A stretch of DNA of 19,001 nt from Armatimonadota bacterium (GTDB lineage: Bacteria; Sysuimicrobiota; Sysuimicrobiia; Sysuimicrobiales; Humicultoraceae): positions 1 through 19,001 of the forward strand of contig JBQTJP010000016.1 of the NCBI GenBank assembly GCA_052386995.1, read 5' to 3'. A program made the position numbers and the translations under genes. The notes under the pieces are model-generated. The model was given only the letters and a program-made list of their open reading frames with translations, had not been told where the DNA came from and ran no database searches. Each line of letters opens with the position of its first letter. The stretch's first letter is position 1. This document shows, one piece after another, positions 15,901 to 19,001 of this stretch.

Positions 15901-17454
15901 CTAGCGGTTTCGCTCGGGCTCCCAGCCGTAGACGGGGAGAATATCGACCGGAGCGTAGTTGTCGGTCAGCAGCGGAACGTCTTCGGTCGGGATCTTGCGG
16001 TCGTAGTAATCGCCTGCGTAGCGGTCGAGCGGCAGGCGGACCCGACCCTCCGCGCGCAGCCGCCGGGCCGCCGCGACGATCTCGTCCCCCCGCATCCCAC
16101 CCCGGCCTGTGGCAATCAGGATGATGGTGCGCGTCTCCGTGGCGTTGCGCGCGAGCCCGAAGGCCGCGGGAAACGGGTACAGTCCCGGGAAGACGCTCGC
16201 ATAGGTCTTGTAGAGTGCGCGAAACAGCGTGCTCTGCGGTCCATCGAGGGCGCCGATGATATTGGAAACCACGATGCCCCCGGGGGTCAGATGACCGCGG
16301 ACGAGCTCGAGGAACTCCTTCGTCGCCAGATGGAACGGGATGCCCTCCGCAAAGTACGCGTCGAGGATGATCACGTCGTATTTCGCGTCGCTGCGGCGGA
16401 CGAAGACCCGCCCATCCTGGACGACGATCCGATGCCGGGCGTCGTCTTTGACTTCGAAATACCGCCTGGCCACGTCAACGACCACCGGGTCGAGCTCGAC
16501 GCTCTCGACAGAGAGATCTGGATCGTCACGGGTGAAGCGCTTCGGAATCGATCCGGCGCCCAGGCCGATCAGCAACACGCGGCGCATCGTGGGATGGAAG
16601 ATGCGGGCAAGATGCGCGTACGACGTGTACAGAAAGGGACTCTCGAACGGGTCGCGGAGGACCATGCCGCCCTGAAACGATCTGTTGAAGCGCAGATAGC
16701 GGTTCAGGCCATCCTCGAGCACGCTGATCTGATGGTAGGCGCTGTCTTTTTCGTAGATGATCCGCGAGGTCGGCACCGGGATCGGCCCGCGGGCCCGCTG
16801 CGCGGGCGCCCCCGGCGCAGTCAGCAACACGATGATGAGCGACACCGGCAGCGCCATGCGCGCTCCCGCGGGGCGCGCCGCCGGATACCGTGTCGCCAGC
16901 AGGGCCGCGAGGGCCAGGAGGGTGCCGCCGAGCAGGTACAGGATTGCCCGCACCCCCAGCGTCGGCACGAGGAAGAAGGCCGTCGCAACAGTGCCCGCGA
17001 TGCTCCCGGCCGTGGACAGGGCGTAGAGGACGCCCGCGCTGGTGCCGACCGTCGCAAGATCCCTAGCGACGAGCTTGATCGCAAATGGAGAGGTCGTACC
17101 CATCAGAATGCTGGGGAACGCGAAGAGCACGATCGACGCGAGCAGAGGAGAGAGGCGCGGGCCGAGGTTCCACGCGTCGAAGGCCGCGAGGACCGGTCGC
17201 GCGATCAGCGGGAGGACCAGAATCGTCACGCCGGCGAGCATGAGCAGGCTTGCCAGCACCGTGACCCGCGGCCACCGGTCCGCCATGGTGCCGCCCAGGT
17301 AGTATCCTAGGCTCAGCGCGGCCAGAAAGATGCTGATGAGCCCGCCCCACACGAAGACCGAGCTCCCAAAGAACGGGGCGATGACACGGCTGCCGACGAT
17401 CTCCAGCCCCATGAGCACAGCGCCACTGCCGAAGACGACGAGACGCAGGATCAC
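15901..17454 (-). CDS. Fused membrane (MFS-like) / spermidine-synthase-like SAM-dependent transferase
   Basis: N-terminal TM domain (GAVLMGLEIVGSR..APFFGSS..VW; LYALSTAGSIAG), C-terminal VLLIGLGAGS, VELDPVVV, DGRVFV, IILDAY, LTDNYAPV. Confidence 0.92.
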   Translation of the reverse strand: MILRLVVFGSGAVLMGLEIVGSRVIAPFFGSSVFVWGGLISIFLAALSLGYYLGGTMADRWPRVTVLASLLMLAGVTILVLPLIARPVLAAFDAWNLGPRLSPLLASIVLFAFPSILMGTTSPFAIKLVARDLATVGTSAGVLYALSTAGSIAGTVATAFFLVPTLGVRAILYLLGGTLLALAALLATRYPAARPAGARMALPVSLIIVLLTAPGAPAQRARGPIPVPTSRIIYEKDSAYHQISVLEDGLNRYLRFNRSFQGGMVLRDPFESPFLYTSYAHLARIFHPTMRRVLLIGLGAGSIPKRFTRDDPDLSVESVELDPVVVDVARRYFEVKDDARHRIVVQDGRVFVRRSDAKYDVIILDAYFAEGIPFHLATKEFLELVRGHLTPGGIVVSNIIGALDGPQSTLFRALYKTYASVFPGLYPFPAAFGLARNATETRTIILIATGRGGMRGDEIVAAARRLRAEGRVRLPLDRYAGDYYDRKIPTEDVPLLTDNYAPVDILPVYGWEPERNR

Positions 17455-17527
17455 ATAGACCTCCCGACACCGTCCGGGCTCAATTCGATTCGACTGTGCG
17501 CCGCGCCTTCTGCGGTGCAGCAGGGGC

Positions 17528-17536
17528 TGCTATACT
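17528..17536 (+). promoter_or_regulatory. Extended -10 promoter element TGcTATACT for pyk
   Basis: TGn + TATACT ending 18 nt before ATG 17555, in a divergent intergenic region. Confidence 0.6.
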
Positions 17537-17554
17537 TCGAACTGACTCCGACCG

Positions 17555-18991
17555 ATGAACTCTCCGCGACGCACGAAAATCGTCATCACGCTCGGTCCGG
17601 CTTCCCAGACCCCTGAGGTGCTCCGGGCGGCCCTTGCCGCCGGCGCGGACGTCGTGCGGCTCAACTTCGCCCATGGGACGCCGGACGATCATCTCCGGCG
17701 GCTTCACACCGCGCGCGGGGAGGCCGAGAAGCTGGGCGTGCCGCTGGCGGTGCTGCAGGATCTTCCAGGCGCCAAGCTACGGGTCGGGCCGCTTCCCGGT
17801 GGCTCGGTCACGCTTGAAACCGGGCGTGAAGTCGTGCTCTCGCCCGCGGATCAGGCGGTCGACGGCGCGATCCCGGTCGACTATCCGCAGTTCGCCCACG
17901 ACGTGCGCCCCGGCCACCGGATCTACCTTCAGGACGGCGACATCGCGCTGAGGGTTCAAAGCGTGACCGCGGCTCAGGTGCGCTGTCGGGTCGAGTCGGG
18001 CGGCGTGCTCCGCCAGCACGCCGGCGTGAACCTCCCGGGCGTCCGCCTGAGTGCGGCGGCGATGACCGAGCACGATCTTCGGCGTGCAGAATGGGGCATC
18101 GCTCAGGGCGTGGACTTTTTTGGACTGTCGTTCGTCGAATCCGCGGAGGACGTCGCGCGGGCCCGAGAGCTTCTGGCGGCGCGCGGAAGCCCCCCCGCGC
18201 TCATCGCGAAGATTGAGCGCCGCAGCGCGCTCGACCGCATCGGCGAGATCGCAGCCGAGGCCGATGGGATCATGATTGCGCGCGGGGATCTCGCCGTCGA
18301 AACCTCGATCGAGGAGGTTCCCATCGTCCAGAAGAGTATCATCGGGTTGTGCAATCGCCTGGGAAAGCCGGTGATCACCGCCACGCAGATGCTGGAGAGC
18401 ATGGTGTCGCACCCACGCCCCACCCGTGCCGAGGCGGCCGACGTCGCCAACGCGGTATTCGATGGCACGGACGCGCTCATGCTGTCGGGCGAGACAGCGA
18501 TTGGCGCGTACCCGGTCGAGGCGATAGCAACGATGGCGGCAATCGCCGAACGGGCCGAGGCCGCGCTCCCGTACGATCTGCTGCTGCGTGAGCGGGGACG
18601 CGAGCGGGCGGCCGAGACCGGCGAAGCCATCGCGCTTGCCGCCTGCCAGGCCGCGGAGGCGATTGGCGCGGCGGCCATCGTCGCCTCGACGGATTCGGGC
18701 AGCACCGCGCGGCGCGTTTCGCGCTACCGTCCTCGCCGCCCGATTCTCGCGGTCACACACACCCCCGCCACATGGCGCCGGCTCGCGCTCATCTGGGGCG
18801 TTCGCCCGGTGTTGGTGGATCCGGTCGCCGACCTCGATGCGCTGGTCGAGCGCGGCGTGCGCGCGGCGCTCGATGCCGGCGTTGCAAAGACACACGACCT
18901 CGTTGTCGTCACCGCCGGTTTTCCGATCGGCCGTCCCGGCACCACGAACTTCCTGAAGGTCGTGCGGGTCGGGGCGGAGCAGAGTCGGTAG
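17555..18991 (+). CDS. pyk: Pyruvate kinase
   Basis: RRTKIVITLGPAS, RLNFAHG, IAKIE, IMIARGDL, PVITATQMLESM, PTRAEAADVANAVFDGTDALMLSGETA, GTTN motifs. Confidence 0.98.
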   Translation: MNSPRRTKIVITLGPASQTPEVLRAALAAGADVVRLNFAHGTPDDHLRRLHTARGEAEKLGVPLAVLQDLPGAKLRVGPLPGGSVTLETGREVVLSPADQAVDGAIPVDYPQFAHDVRPGHRIYLQDGDIALRVQSVTAAQVRCRVESGGVLRQHAGVNLPGVRLSAAAMTEHDLRRAEWGIAQGVDFFGLSFVESAEDVARARELLAARGSPPALIAKIERRSALDRIGEIAAEADGIMIARGDLAVETSIEEVPIVQKSIIGLCNRLGKPVITATQMLESMVSHPRPTRAEAADVANAVFDGTDALMLSGETAIGAYPVEAIATMAAIAERAEAALPYDLLLRERGRERAAETGEAIALAACQAAEAIGAAAIVASTDSGSTARRVSRYRPRRPILAVTHTPATWRRLALIWGVRPVLVDPVADLDALVERGVRAALDAGVAKTHDLVVVTAGFPIGRPGTTNFLKVVRVGAEQSR

Positions 18992-19001
18992 CCAGACATA
19001 T

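Noticed and set aside
15781..18895. Long ORFs 15781-17310 (+) and 17777-18895 (-)
   Set aside because: Antisense shadows of the spermidine-synthase-like gene and pyk.
1..19001. CRISPR arrays, IS/integrase genes, tRNA (including selC) or rRNA
   Set aside because: None recognised; the repeats found are only two-copy 9-12-mers. Sec machinery, if present, must lie outside this window.

Overview
High-GC bacterial chromosomal window with no mobile element, rRNA/tRNA or CRISPR array seen. Left to right: (-) NitT/TauT-type ABC transporter (ATPase runs off the left edge, permease, Cys-rich binding protein) behind a SCO + PCu(A)C copper-chaperone pair; (+) a divergent Tat-signal gene; (-) an operon of DUF4331 protein, TPR protein, HupE/UreJ-associated N-terminal-domain protein, RcnA-like and UreH-like Ni/Co transporters and a nitroreductase; (-) an envelope module of a frameshifted secreted carbohydrate-binding-like gene, a SigW-like ECF sigma factor, a membrane protein, a beta-propeller glycosidase-like protein and an LmeA/DUF2993-like protein; (-) a fused membrane/spermidine-synthase-like protein; (+) pyruvate kinase. 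Best candidate for something new: the ORFs 3866-4300 and 4421-4735 are one continuous frame broken only by a TGA at 4298-4300. That TGA is followed by a SECIS-like hairpin, suggesting an unrecognised 289-aa Tat-exported selenoprotein between copper and Ni/Co handling genes. ECF-type promoter motifs (SigW-like and SigK-like) are also readable. Family assignments come from motif recognition only; no searches were run.
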